DNA from: Polyangiales bacterium
GTDB taxonomy: Bacteria > Myxococcota_A > Polyangia > Polyangiales > Ga0077539
Direction: 5' to 3'
Length of the DNA stretch: 64,000 nt
Assembly: GCA_044375895.1 (NCBI GenBank)
Contig: JBILLV010000012.1
Location: 2,826 to 66,825, forward strand
Under the pieces are notes generated by a model, which worked only from the letters and a program-made list of their open reading frames with translations, made no database searches and was not told where the DNA came from. Each line of letters begins with the position of its first letter. The stretch's first letter is position 1. The position numbers were made by a program, and so were the translations under genes. Below are positions 41,806-51,091 of this stretch, piece by piece.

Positions 41806-42660
41806 TCAGACGTCGATGTGACGGAGCTTCATCTGTACGTCGCTCGACCAGTGGTTGGCGAAGGCGCGGACGCAGGTGGACAGGTACCGGTCGTAGTCGT
41901 CGAACACCTGATCGCCCCAGCGCTGGCGGATGTGCGCTTCGTGGAGGCGCATCCGACGGAGCCACTCGGCGGTGGTCTTGCCGTAGTGGACGCGGCGGGT
42001 CTTGAGCTCGACGATCTCCCAGTACGGGTTGACCGCCGCGACGAGCTCCTCCAGCCGCGGGTTGAGCCCGCCGGGGAAGATCACGTCGGCGGTGAACTTC
42101 AGGTCTTCGATGTCGCGGCGCGTGCGCGGCACCCGGTTGCGCAGGATCGCCTGGAACCCGAAGCACGCGCCCGGCTTCACCCACCCCGCGGTCTTGCGGA
42201 AGTACTCGCGGTAGATCTCGATGGCCATTCCCTTGTTCGCCTGGTCGGGCGAGCAGAGGTGGTCGATCATCTCGATGGAGATGAGGGCGTCGTAGGGGGC
42301 CGCGGGGACGAAGTCCTTGTAGTCCGTGCACCACACCTTGACGCCGGGGATGCCACGCGCGTTGAGCTCTTCGTGCTGGGCGGAAGAGAGCGTGATGCCG
42401 TGGGCCTCGCGGATGCCGCGCTGGGCGACGTACTCGAGGTTGGCGCCCCAGCCGCAGCCGATGTCGAGCACCGTCTTGTCGGGCCCGCACTCGGCGTAGT
42501 CGTACAGGACGCGCGACTTGTTGAGCTGGGCCTGCTCCAGCGTGTCCGTCTCGCTCTCATAGACGGCGGACGTGTAGTGCATCCGCTCGTCGAGCCAGAG
42601 CCGGAAGAACTCGTTGGAAACGTCGTAGGAGACCTCGACCTCGCGTTGCGTGGACGTCAC
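41806..42660 (-). CDS. cyclopropane-fatty-acyl-phospholipid synthase family SAM-dependent methyltransferase
   Basis: YDVSNEFFRLWLDERMHYTSAVY (CMAS N-terminal signature), the SAM motif VLDIGCGWG, and SIEMIDH. GTG start at 42660. Confidence 0.85.
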   Translation of the reverse strand: MTSTQREVEVSYDVSNEFFRLWLDERMHYTSAVYESETDTLEQAQLNKSRVLYDYAECGPDKTVLDIGCGWGANLEYVAQRGIREAHGITLSSAQHEELNARGIPGVKVWCTDYKDFVPAAPYDALISIEMIDHLCSPDQANKGMAIEIYREYFRKTAGWVKPGACFGFQAILRNRVPRTRRDIEDLKFTADVIFPGGLNPRLEELVAAVNPYWEIVELKTRRVHYGKTTAEWLRRMRLHEAHIRQRWGDQVFDDYDRYLSTCVRAFANHWSSDVQMKLRHIDV

Positions 42661-42718
42661 GTCGGCACCTTTCCTGCGATGAGCGCGGCGACCGTCTAAC
42701 AGCGCCCCGTCGCCGCCG

Positions 42719-43696
42719 TCAATGCCCTCCCTCGGCGCAGGCCGCGGCCCCGAGCAGCCCGAGCGCGGGTTCGGTCACGACGCGAAGCGGCATCGACTCG
42801 ACGAGCGGTCGCATCCGCCCCTTGTCGCGAAATGCCTCCAGGAAGGGGCTGGCGCGCAGCCGCGGGAGCACACGGGCCGCGATCCCGCCGGCAAGGTAGA
42901 CGCCGCCGCGCGCGAGGCACTTGAGCGCGAGGTTGCCCGCCTCGGCCCCGTAGACGCCCGCCCAGAGGTCGAAGGCGCGCGCGCAGAGTGCGTCGTCGCC
43001 CGCCACCGCATGGCGAGAGACCACGGCCGCGGGGTCGTCGACGGCCATCTCGTCGCTCACCTCCCGGCGCGCCGCGGCGGGGTCGCGTTCGCGCAGGTGC
43101 TCGTACACGGCGGCGAGGCCGGGGCCCGACACCACGCGCTCGTAGGACACGTGGCCGTGTCGCGCGCGGAGCCAACGCAGCAAGGCGTCTTCGTCGTCGT
43201 TGCGCGCCGCGAGGTCGGTGTGGCCTCCCTCCGTGGGCAGCGCCTGGTAGCGATCGCCCACCCACACACAGAGCGCCTCGCCGAGCCCCGTCCCGGCGCC
43301 GAGTACGGCCCGCGGCGCGCGGGGACGCACGACGCCTTCCTGCAGCGTGACGAGGTGCTCCGGGGCGACGCGGTCGACGCCCGTGGCGGCGGCTTCGAAG
43401 TCATTGACGACGCGGACTGCGCCCCCCGTCACGGCCGCGAGCGACGGGGCCGTGACGACCCACGGGAGGTTGGTCACACGACACACGCCGTCCTCCACCG
43501 GACCGGCGACGGCGAAGCACGCCGCGAGCCCTGCGCCGCCGCGCTCGCCGAGGAAGCGGGCGACGATGGCCTCCAGCGAGGGGTGATCGGCGCTCGGGTA
43601 GCGGGCCTCCGTACGGACGTGCGCACGACCGTCGGCGAGGGTGACGAGGGCGAGGCGGGTGTTGGTGCCTCCGATGTCTCCGGCGATGACGTCCAT
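42719..43696 (-). CDS. glk: glucokinase
   Basis: ATG at 43696. MDVIAGDIGGTNTRLAL, NDFEAAA, LGAGTGLGEA, EGGH, GGVYLAGGI. Typical Glk (ROK-less) motifs. The upstream 353 codons of the track ORF are junk. Confidence 0.85.
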   Translation of the reverse strand: MDVIAGDIGGTNTRLALVTLADGRAHVRTEARYPSADHPSLEAIVARFLGERGGAGLAACFAVAGPVEDGVCRVTNLPWVVTAPSLAAVTGGAVRVVNDFEAAATGVDRVAPEHLVTLQEGVVRPRAPRAVLGAGTGLGEALCVWVGDRYQALPTEGGHTDLAARNDDEDALLRWLRARHGHVSYERVVSGPGLAAVYEHLRERDPAAARREVSDEMAVDDPAAVVSRHAVAGDDALCARAFDLWAGVYGAEAGNLALKCLARGGVYLAGGIAARVLPRLRASPFLEAFRDKGRMRPLVESMPLRVVTEPALGLLGAAACAEGGH

Positions 43697-43740
43697 GGTG
43701 CGGCGACGCTCCCACGGAGCGCGGGGACGTCGCAAGCGGA

Positions 43741-44961
43741 TCAGCGGCAGCGTGCGGCGAGCGCGTCGACGTCTTCGTGGCACTGCCGACACGGCCGCTC
43801 GCTCGCCCGGAGCAGCGCCCCGCAGCGCGCGCTGAAGCCGGGCGGGTGCGGCGAGAGCGACGCCCCGCCCATCCCCGCCGTCGCGTGGCACGTCACGCAG
43901 TCGCGCTCGCTGTGGCAGGACACACAAGCGGACATCGATCGCCGCGCCTCGACCCCGTGGTGCCTCATGCTCACGGAGCGCCCCGACCACACCTCCGCCG
44001 GCGGGTGAAACCGGCCCTGCGCGCGGGCCGCGGGCGCCGAGCCCATCGCGACGCCCGCCCGCTCGTGGCACGCGACGCAGAAGGTCGCCTGGCGGTGGCA
44101 CGAGGTGCAGCGGTCGGCGTTCATGCGGGCGTCGACGGGGTGCTGCGTGAGGTAGTCGTTGGGGTGGGTGCGGCGATCGCGCACGCGGCCGTCGTGGCAG
44201 TCGGCGCAGTCGTCGTCGCGGTGGCAGGCTGCGCAGCGGGTGGCGTCCTGGCCCGCGCTGATGCGGTGGGTAAACCAGAAGTCCGCGTCGTGGTGCATCC
44301 CGCGCATCCAGGTCGGCGGGTTGAGCCAGCCTTCGGGGAAGCGCGTTCGAAGCACGCCATCGGGTTCGGTGAGGTGGCAGGTGGCGCAGGCCGCGGGCGC
44401 GCTCCCACCCGTACGGTGGCACGTGACGCACGAGGCCATCGCGGGCAGCTCCAGGCGGGTCGCGAGGCCGACGCCGCGCACCGACGCGTGGCACGACTCG
44501 CAGCGCTGGCCGCGGGCGACGTGCGCGCGATGCGAGAAGTGGAGGTTGGGCGTCGGGATGTTCACGCGGGCGACGCGCAGCGGGGTGGCGGCGCTCCACC
44601 CGACGTGGCACGCGTCGCACCGTGCGGGCGGAGCGCCCGGCGCGACCTGCTTCAGCGGGTCGGCGCGGTCGATGGCGTGGCACGGCGTGCAGGCGGCTTC
44701 GCCCGGGAGCAAGCGATCGGCGCTCTGGTCGCTGGTGGCCGCCGCGCCGTGACAACGGGCGCAGGTGACGCCGCCGAGGCGCAGGTGACGCGCGTGGTCG
44801 AAGCGGATCGGGAGCGTCTGGGTGGGGAAGATGGCGTGCGACACGGCGCCGCCGCTGGCCCGCGGCGGGAGCGGCGGCGCGAGGGGGAGCGACTGCGCGA
44901 AGACGGCGCCGCAGAGGGTCGCCACGAGCATCATCGCGACGAGGAGCGAGCGCGTCACCAT
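43741..44961 (-). CDS. multiheme c-type cytochrome (13 CxxCH motifs), periplasmic
   Basis: Signal MVTRSLLVAMMLVATLCGAVFA. Heme motifs counted: CARCH, CTPCH, CDACH, CESCH, CVTCH, CATCH, CAACH, CADCH, CTSCH, CVACH, CVSCH, CVTCH, CRQCH. F.H..H strings are typical of c3/c7-type domains. Confidence 0.88.
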   Translation of the reverse strand: MVTRSLLVAMMLVATLCGAVFAQSLPLAPPLPPRASGGAVSHAIFPTQTLPIRFDHARHLRLGGVTCARCHGAAATSDQSADRLLPGEAACTPCHAIDRADPLKQVAPGAPPARCDACHVGWSAATPLRVARVNIPTPNLHFSHRAHVARGQRCESCHASVRGVGLATRLELPAMASCVTCHRTGGSAPAACATCHLTEPDGVLRTRFPEGWLNPPTWMRGMHHDADFWFTHRISAGQDATRCAACHRDDDCADCHDGRVRDRRTHPNDYLTQHPVDARMNADRCTSCHRQATFCVACHERAGVAMGSAPAARAQGRFHPPAEVWSGRSVSMRHHGVEARRSMSACVSCHSERDCVTCHATAGMGGASLSPHPPGFSARCGALLRASERPCRQCHEDVDALAARCR

Positions 44962-46373
44962 GGCGTCCTCAGGGTGAGCATCGCGATCGCGCGCAGGCGG
45001 TGGCCGACGATGCGGTTGATGTCGTCTTCGAAGCTGAGCGTGAGGTCGGCGAGGCGCCCGAGTCGCAGCAACGTCCCCACCACGAGCCCGAGCGAAGCGA
45101 CCGAGCGCTCGGGGCGGAGGGTGTCATCGACCACCCACGCGGACACGCCCGCGTCGACGCGAATCACCTGCCACCGCGCCCACACGCGCGTGGTGATGTC
45201 GGCCCCGGCCCGCGCGCCGAGCGATCCGCCCTCGCCGAAGAGCCGCGCGGAGGCGTCGTAGCGGCCGCGGCGGAGCAGCGCGCCGAGCTCGCCCCCGCCC
45301 GACCACTGGTCGTCGAGGGCCGGGCTGTTGTCGCTCGCGGGCGCGTCCGAGAGCGCGTAGCGGCGGCCGTGCGCCCCCGCCCGGAGCGACCAGCCACGGC
45401 CGAGCGGGACCTCGCCGCGGAGGCGGGCCTCGTCGATAGGATCAGTCCAGAAGGAAGCCCACACGGAGGTGAGGTCGAAGGTGGGGCGCCAGCGCGAGAG
45501 CTCCGCGCCGAAGGAGGCCCCCTCCCCCGCCCATGTGACGCCCGCGATGGCGCTCGACACCTGCTGCTGCGGTATCGAATGGACGGCTTCGACGTACGCG
45601 CGCCACCGCGACGAGAGCTGCACGTCGGCGGCGAGGCCGAGCTTCTCCTCCGCGACGCCGTCGTCTCCCCACACGCGGCGCCAGGTGGCGCGGGCGAAGA
45701 GAGGGCCGGTGTTCGCGGTCTCCAGGGCGAAAGAGAGGGCGCCGGCGAGGCTACGGTCATTGACCCGCGTCGCGAGCGAGGCGTCCCAGGTCGAGCGATC
45801 GGCGCGTTGGAGACCGTCACGCTCGTAGCGGCCGTTGGAGAGGGGGAAGCCGGTGCGGGTCTCGAGGCCACCGTAGGCTTCGATGACGACCCGATCCCAC
45901 GCGCGCACCCGCAGCCGAGCGCCGTCGAAGAGGAAGAAGCCCAACGGGTCGGTGACGAGCTGGCGCCCGATGCGCACCTCCGTGGTGCCGCCGAAGAGCC
46001 CCGCCCCTTCGAGCCACGCGAAGGGGAGGTCGAGCGTGCGGCGGGCGAACAGCGGCGCGTAGTCGGCCACCCGCGAGCGGTTGAGCTCGTCGAGGCAGCG
46101 GTCGGTGGTGAGGTCGCAGGCGGTGCCGAAATCGCTGTCGAAGCGGAGCCTCGCCCGCACGGTCCACACGGCCCCGTGGCGCATGCGTTCGAAGGCCGCG
46201 AGGGTGAGCGTCTGGGTGAAGCGACGCATCGAGAGGAGCGGCGCACCCGCCGGTCCGCGCACCTGGTACGCCTGCGCTTGGGTGTCGGCGCGCACCTCTC
46301 CGTCGAAGGCCAGGGCGGGCGCCGGGAGGAGCGTCGCGGCGAAGGCGAGCGCGAGGTGGCGACGCGGAGCCAC
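44955..46373 (-). CDS. predicted outer-membrane beta-barrel protein
   Basis: GTG at 46373. Signal MAPRRHLALAFAATLLPAPALA. Alternating hydrophobic/polar strands rich in R/G/W/Y/D. C-terminal ...AMLTLRTPW (terminal aromatic). The stop overlaps the cytochrome start by 7 nt. Confidence 0.6.
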   Translation of the reverse strand: MAPRRHLALAFAATLLPAPALAFDGEVRADTQAQAYQVRGPAGAPLLSMRRFTQTLTLAAFERMRHGAVWTVRARLRFDSDFGTACDLTTDRCLDELNRSRVADYAPLFARRTLDLPFAWLEGAGLFGGTTEVRIGRQLVTDPLGFFLFDGARLRVRAWDRVVIEAYGGLETRTGFPLSNGRYERDGLQRADRSTWDASLATRVNDRSLAGALSFALETANTGPLFARATWRRVWGDDGVAEEKLGLAADVQLSSRWRAYVEAVHSIPQQQVSSAIAGVTWAGEGASFGAELSRWRPTFDLTSVWASFWTDPIDEARLRGEVPLGRGWSLRAGAHGRRYALSDAPASDNSPALDDQWSGGGELGALLRRGRYDASARLFGEGGSLGARAGADITTRVWARWQVIRVDAGVSAWVVDDTLRPERSVASLGLVVGTLLRLGRLADLTLSFEDDINRIVGHRLRAIAMLTLRTPW

Positions 46374-47708
46374 TCAGCGGTCCCTTGTGTCGACGTCGGG
46401 CGAGCGGTGCGCGGTGGCCTCGGCGACGAGGGCGGCGTACCGCGCCGTGAGGGCGTCCGTGCCGAGCTCGCCCGCGAAGGAGACGAAGGCGAACTGGGTG
46501 ACGAAGGTGCCCCATCGGCGCAGCCACGAGGGGAGAAAGCGCGGGCGTTGGAGGATGCCCTCGCGGCGGAGGATCACCAGCGCGTGGAGGTCGGCGAGGT
46601 CGATGCGCCCGCTCACCAGCAGCTCGAGCTCGTCGCGGAACCCGCCGCGGGCGACCACCGAGAGGAAGGACTGCACATCGAGGAGGCCCGCGAGGTAGCA
46701 GGCGTCCTTGGTGAAGGGAGCGCCGCCTTCGACCCGCCCCCCGCGGCAGACCCGCTGGGCGTCGAGCCACGCGTCACGGGGGTCGCTCCCGCGCTCGAGG
46801 AGGAAGCGGTAGAGGTCGAGGAAGTCACCGCCCGCTTCGGCCTTCTCGACGAGCTGGACGCGGACGGCGAGGCGCTCCATGCGCGGCACCGCGAGGCAGT
46901 GCTGGTGGAGCTCGGAGAAGACCGCGAGGCCCTCCTGCGTCCGCGTGCTGCGCGGCCCGCCCGAGCGGAGGAAGGGGACCTCGGGTTGGAGCGCGCCGTT
47001 CTGCGCGGACAGCACGTGCGTCTCCACCTCGTGGTGCCAGAGCCCGCCGGCCTCCCACTCGCTGAAGGTCGCGCCCCGGCGGATGCGAACGCGCGACGAG
47101 CCCGCGAGCACCTTGGCCGTCACCCGATCGTCGACGCGGGTCTCCAGCTCGAGGCCCGGGTGCTCCGTCGCCGCTCGACGGGAGAGCTCCGCGGCGAACT
47201 CCGCGTCGCTGTAGATCACCGGGTCGGCGTCTTCGGCCTCGTCCCACCCGTGCACGCGGAGCCGCTCCAGCAGGTGCTCGGCGAGGTCGAGGTTGCGCGC
47301 GCCCGTCCCGTGAAAGCGCGTCCGGGCGCCGCCGTACACGTCGCGCGAGATGCGATAGAACTCCGTGGTCCCCGCGGCGAGGACGAGCCGGTTGGCGTCG
47401 ATCATCGACTGGAGCGAGCGCCGCACCCACTCGGCCACCGGGTCGTCGCCGTCCACCGTGGCGAGGGCCGCGTCGACCTCCGCGATGCGGGCCTCGTGGC
47501 CGTCGCGGTCGATGTCGTACGCCACCACCGGGAGCTCGCGGGCGCCCCGGGCGAAGAAGCGCTCCTCGGCCTCCCGGGGCCACGCGATGGCCTCCAGGAG
47601 CCGCGTCCTGCGGGTGGACCTCTCCTCGGCGAGCGGTCGGACGCTGGCGAGCAGCGCGCGGTGGCGGTCGATGTCATTCACGGCGAAGACCGCGCGAAGG
47701 TATCGCAC
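46374..47708 (-). CDS. QEGLA-motif (DUF1704) family protein
   Basis: Contains STRTQEGLAVFSE and HHEVETHV, as in the family named 'flavohemoglobin expression-modulating QEGLA motif protein'. Start is GTG 47708 or GTG 47681. The stop abuts the barrel start with 0-nt spacing. Confidence 0.72.
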   Translation of the reverse strand: MRYLRAVFAVNDIDRHRALLASVRPLAEERSTRRTRLLEAIAWPREAEERFFARGARELPVVAYDIDRDGHEARIAEVDAALATVDGDDPVAEWVRRSLQSMIDANRLVLAAGTTEFYRISRDVYGGARTRFHGTGARNLDLAEHLLERLRVHGWDEAEDADPVIYSDAEFAAELSRRAATEHPGLELETRVDDRVTAKVLAGSSRVRIRRGATFSEWEAGGLWHHEVETHVLSAQNGALQPEVPFLRSGGPRSTRTQEGLAVFSELHQHCLAVPRMERLAVRVQLVEKAEAGGDFLDLYRFLLERGSDPRDAWLDAQRVCRGGRVEGGAPFTKDACYLAGLLDVQSFLSVVARGGFRDELELLVSGRIDLADLHALVILRREGILQRPRFLPSWLRRWGTFVTQFAFVSFAGELGTDALTARYAALVAEATAHRSPDVDTRDR

Positions 47709-47762
47709 CGCGGGGATACGACACAGCCCCGCGTTGGTACCATCCGTCGACGCGCCGCCCCA

Positions 47763-48758
47763 ATGCCCACCGACGACCCACAGCTCGGCCTGTTCGCCGG
47801 CCCCGATCCCCTCGCCGCGGTGTACGCCGAGGCGGCGTCGCTGCACGAGCGGCTCCCCGAGTCGGTGCACTTTGGCACCAGCTCGTGGGCCTATCCCGGG
47901 TGGGCGGGCCACGTGTACCCCGACGCCCGCCCCGAGTCCTGGCTCGCCCGCGAGGGCCTCCGCCGCTACACACGCCACCCGCTCCTCCGCACCGTGGGCC
48001 TCGACCGGAGCTACTACGCGCCCGTCCCCGCGGCCGACCTCGCCCGCTACGCCGCGCAGGTGCCTGAGGGCTTTCGCTTCTGCATCAAGGCGCCCGCGTC
48101 GATCACGTCCGCCATCGTCCCCGGGAGCGACCGGGCCGGCGCGCCGAAGCCCAACGCCGATTTCCTCTCGCCCGAGCGCCTCGCCGCCGAGCTCACCGAC
48201 CGACTCCTGGGGGACTTCGCGGGGCACGTGGGGCCTGTCATGGTGGAGGTTCCGCGGGTGCCGGCGGCCTTCCTGCCGCGCTCGGAGGTGTTCTGCGAGC
48301 GCCTCGACGGGCTGCTCGCCGCGGTGCCTCGTGAGGTCCCGATGGCGGTGGAGCTCCGGGAGCGGTCGCTCTTCACGCCGCGCTACCTCAAGGTGTTGCG
48401 CGCGCGGGGTGCCTCCCACGTCTACAACTGGTGGACGGCGATGCCGACGCTCGACGAGCAGGCGACGCACTGCCCGCCCGAGGCGATGCCGCACGTCATC
48501 GCGCGCCTCGTCATCCCGCCCGGGAGCCGCTACGACGAGCGCAAACGCGCCTTCGCCCCCTTCGATCGCATCGTCGAACCTTCGCCCGACATGCGCGCCT
48601 CCGTGGTGCGACTGCTACGCCGCGCCGTCGCCGCCGCGCGGCCCTCCTGGGTGATCGTCAACAACAAGGCCGAGGGGTGCTCGCCCGCAACGGTGACGGC
48701 GCTCGTGAGGGCGCTCGTGGGCGCTGATTCGCCGTCGTCGGTGGGGCGTTCCTGGTAG
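47763..48758 (+). CDS. DUF72 (YecE-like) family protein
   Basis: ATG at 47763 inside the 1,252-aa track ORF. FGTSSWAYPGWAGHVYP is the DUF72 N-terminal signature. The remaining 921 upstream codons are antisense to real genes. Confidence 0.8.
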   Translation: MPTDDPQLGLFAGPDPLAAVYAEAASLHERLPESVHFGTSSWAYPGWAGHVYPDARPESWLAREGLRRYTRHPLLRTVGLDRSYYAPVPAADLARYAAQVPEGFRFCIKAPASITSAIVPGSDRAGAPKPNADFLSPERLAAELTDRLLGDFAGHVGPVMVEVPRVPAAFLPRSEVFCERLDGLLAAVPREVPMAVELRERSLFTPRYLKVLRARGASHVYNWWTAMPTLDEQATHCPPEAMPHVIARLVIPPGSRYDERKRAFAPFDRIVEPSPDMRASVVRLLRRAVAAARPSWVIVNNKAEGCSPATVTALVRALVGADSPSSVGRSW

Positions 48759-48772
48759 GATGGCGCGCTCTT

Positions 48773-49960
48773 ATGGCGAGTGATGCTCCGATCGTTCGAG
48801 GGACGGTGCTTGGTGACTTCGAAGTCGTCGGCGCCCTCGCGCGCGGCGGGATGGGGACGGTGTACACCGCCACCCAGCGGAGCACCGGCGACACCTGCGC
48901 CCTCAAGGTGATGCACGCCGAGCTCGTGCACGACGCCCGCAGCCGCGACCGCTTCACCCGCGAGGCGGAGCTCTGCGCCCGCATCGAGAGCGAGCACGTC
49001 GTCCGCGTCATCGCGTCGGGCATCGACGAGGAGAGCGCGAGGCCCTGGATCGCGATGGAGCTGGTCGCGGGCGACGACCTGGAGAAGCTCTGTCGCCAGC
49101 GCGGCGCGTGGCCGTTGGAGGAGGCCCGCGAGGTGCTCCGCCAGCTCTACGCCGGCGTCGGCGCGGCCCACACGATCGGCATCGTCCACCGCGACCTCAA
49201 GCCCCAGAACGTCCTCCTCACGACGGGCGAGGAGGGCGCCGCCCCGCACGTGAAGGTGCTCGATTTCGGCATCTCGAAGCAGTCGGACAAGTCGGGGACA
49301 GACACCACGGCGGCGGTCGGATCGCCCATGTGGATGGCGCCCGAGCAGGCCCAGCGCGGTCGGCTCACCCCGGCGACGGATGTCTTCGCGCTCGCGCTCC
49401 TGACGTTTCGTGTGCTGACGGGCAGGAGCTACTGGCGCTCGGCCGCGGAGAAGCGGCCGACGCTGAAGGAGACCCTCGTCGAGCTGCTCATGAAGCCCTA
49501 CCCCCCGGCCTCGGCGCGCGCGGCGGAGCTCGGCGGGGCGGCCCTTCCGGCGGGCTTCGACGGGTGGTTCGACCGGGCGGCCCACCGGGATCCGACGAAG
49601 CGCTACCCCGACGCCGCGGCCTCGTGGGAGGCCCTGCGACGCGTGCTCGAAGGGATCGCTGCACCCGCGGTCGCCGTGGAGCCCGCGACGACGCACGACG
49701 ACGACGCGGTGGCCACGCAAGCGCTCGCCCGCCCGACCCCTTCGTCGCCCGCGTCGCCGCTCCGCGCGCCGACGCCCGCTCCGCCGTCGCCCCTCCGTTC
49801 GCCGACGCCGATGCCGCTCCCGCAGCTCCTCGATGAAGCGCGCGCGGCCCGTGAGGAGGCGTCGCCGCGCGGGTCGACGGCGCTCCACGCCACGGCGATC
49901 GCGGTCGCGCTCGTGCTGGTGGTCGCGCTGCTGTTTCTGTTGAAGCGCTACCAGGGCTGA
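48773..49960 (+). CDS. Ser/Thr protein kinase with C-terminal TM anchor
   Basis: GGMGTVYTA, ALKVM, HRDLKPQNVLL, DFGISK, WMAPEQ. C-terminal AIAVALVLVVALLFLL. Confidence 0.92.
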   Translation: MASDAPIVRGTVLGDFEVVGALARGGMGTVYTATQRSTGDTCALKVMHAELVHDARSRDRFTREAELCARIESEHVVRVIASGIDEESARPWIAMELVAGDDLEKLCRQRGAWPLEEAREVLRQLYAGVGAAHTIGIVHRDLKPQNVLLTTGEEGAAPHVKVLDFGISKQSDKSGTDTTAAVGSPMWMAPEQAQRGRLTPATDVFALALLTFRVLTGRSYWRSAAEKRPTLKETLVELLMKPYPPASARAAELGGAALPAGFDGWFDRAAHRDPTKRYPDAAASWEALRRVLEGIAAPAVAVEPATTHDDDAVATQALARPTPSSPASPLRAPTPAPPSPLRSPTPMPLPQLLDEARAAREEASPRGSTALHATAIAVALVLVVALLFLLKRYQG

Positions 49961-49967
49961 ACGGCGG

Positions 49968-51053
49968 TCACTCGGGTTCGCGCGGCGAGCGTCGCACCAC
50001 CGCGAGCAACACCGCGAGCACCAGCGCCGTCCACGCGGTCTCCGGCGTCACGGGGCCCGGCGCCGCCTGACACCCGGCCCGCACCACCGGCGGGCGCCCG
50101 TGGGCTGCGCTCGGCCCTCGGGCGGGCGCTCGTGGGGTGGTGGTCGGGAGCGCCACGGCGGCCTGGAGCGCGGTGGGGCGCGCGGGGGCCTCGGGGGCCT
50201 CGTCGGGCTCTGGTGCGGCGTCGAAGACGATCCCGAGGTGGTTGGCCACCGGGCGCTCCAGACGATCGGCGGGGCGGGTGACGAGCCCTCCCTGCGAGCG
50301 GATGTAGAGCGACGAGCTCCCGCCGCCGTCGAGGTTGATCGCGTCGCTGGCGCCGAAGTCGCGGAGCACCCGCGCGGCGTCCATGCACGTCATCCCCTTG
50401 TTGGCGCCTTCACGGCCGTTGACCACCATGAGGTAGAGCGTGTGACGGTCGGCGCTCACCCCCACGAGGGTGCGGGGGTTGGGCACGAGGGCGTGGCGCG
50501 GCGCGGTGTACGTGAGCACCTCGCCGTTGGCCAGCACGCGGGGCGATCCCGTCACCACCTCGCGCATCCAGCGCTCGGGGACGGGGCCGTACACCTTGCC
50601 GCGCGAGTCGAAGAGCGCGACGCGGCCGCGGGCGCCGAAGCCCACGCTGGCCCAGCAATCGAGACGTCGATCGACGTACGCCGAGCGCCACACGCGGCCC
50701 TGCGACATCGTGAGCCCGCAGGTGGTGAAGGCGCCGTGGAAGATGTCGTAGTAGTTGGCGTTGATGGCCACCTCGGCGCCGACGTGGCGCGCGAAATCCG
50801 AGGTGGTGCGCCAGGTGGGGGCGCCGCCGGGCGTGCGCGGCGCGAGGAGCGACTCGGGCGTCCCCACCACGCGGACACCGGGGGCCGTGAGGTCGACGGA
50901 GACGAGGTGCCATTCGAGCGACCCGACGCGGCGGTGGATGTGCCGCATCGCGCGGTTCGGGCGGCGCCAGGTGTCCTGGGCGGCGGCCGACGTCGGGGCG
51001 GCGAGCGCGACGAGCGCGACCACCCCCGCTGCGATGGAGCTCCGGGGTCTCAT
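49968..51053 (-). CDS. phosphodiester glycosidase (NAGPA/DUF2233)-like secreted protein with MYXO-CTERM-like tail
   Basis: ATG at 51053 (MRPRSSIAAGVVALVALAAPTSAAA). VAINANYYD, LVGVSADRHTLYLMVVNG, AINLDGGGSS. Tail AGCQAAPG...AWTALVLAVLLAVVRR. Confidence 0.75.
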   Translation of the reverse strand: MRPRSSIAAGVVALVALAAPTSAAAQDTWRRPNRAMRHIHRRVGSLEWHLVSVDLTAPGVRVVGTPESLLAPRTPGGAPTWRTTSDFARHVGAEVAINANYYDIFHGAFTTCGLTMSQGRVWRSAYVDRRLDCWASVGFGARGRVALFDSRGKVYGPVPERWMREVVTGSPRVLANGEVLTYTAPRHALVPNPRTLVGVSADRHTLYLMVVNGREGANKGMTCMDAARVLRDFGASDAINLDGGGSSSLYIRSQGGLVTRPADRLERPVANHLGIVFDAAPEPDEAPEAPARPTALQAAVALPTTTPRAPARGPSAAHGRPPVVRAGCQAAPGPVTPETAWTALVLAVLLAVVRRSPREPE

Positions 51054-51091
51054 GGGGCGCTTCGACGCATAGGGGCTGCGCGGCGGGTTGA

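Noticed and set aside
45000-47762. The first 921 codons of the 1,252-aa plus-strand ORF 45000..48758.
   Set aside because: Only the last 331 aa (from ATG 47763) look like a real protein (DUF72 signature). The rest is antisense to the barrel and QEGLA genes and is R/G/E-rich.
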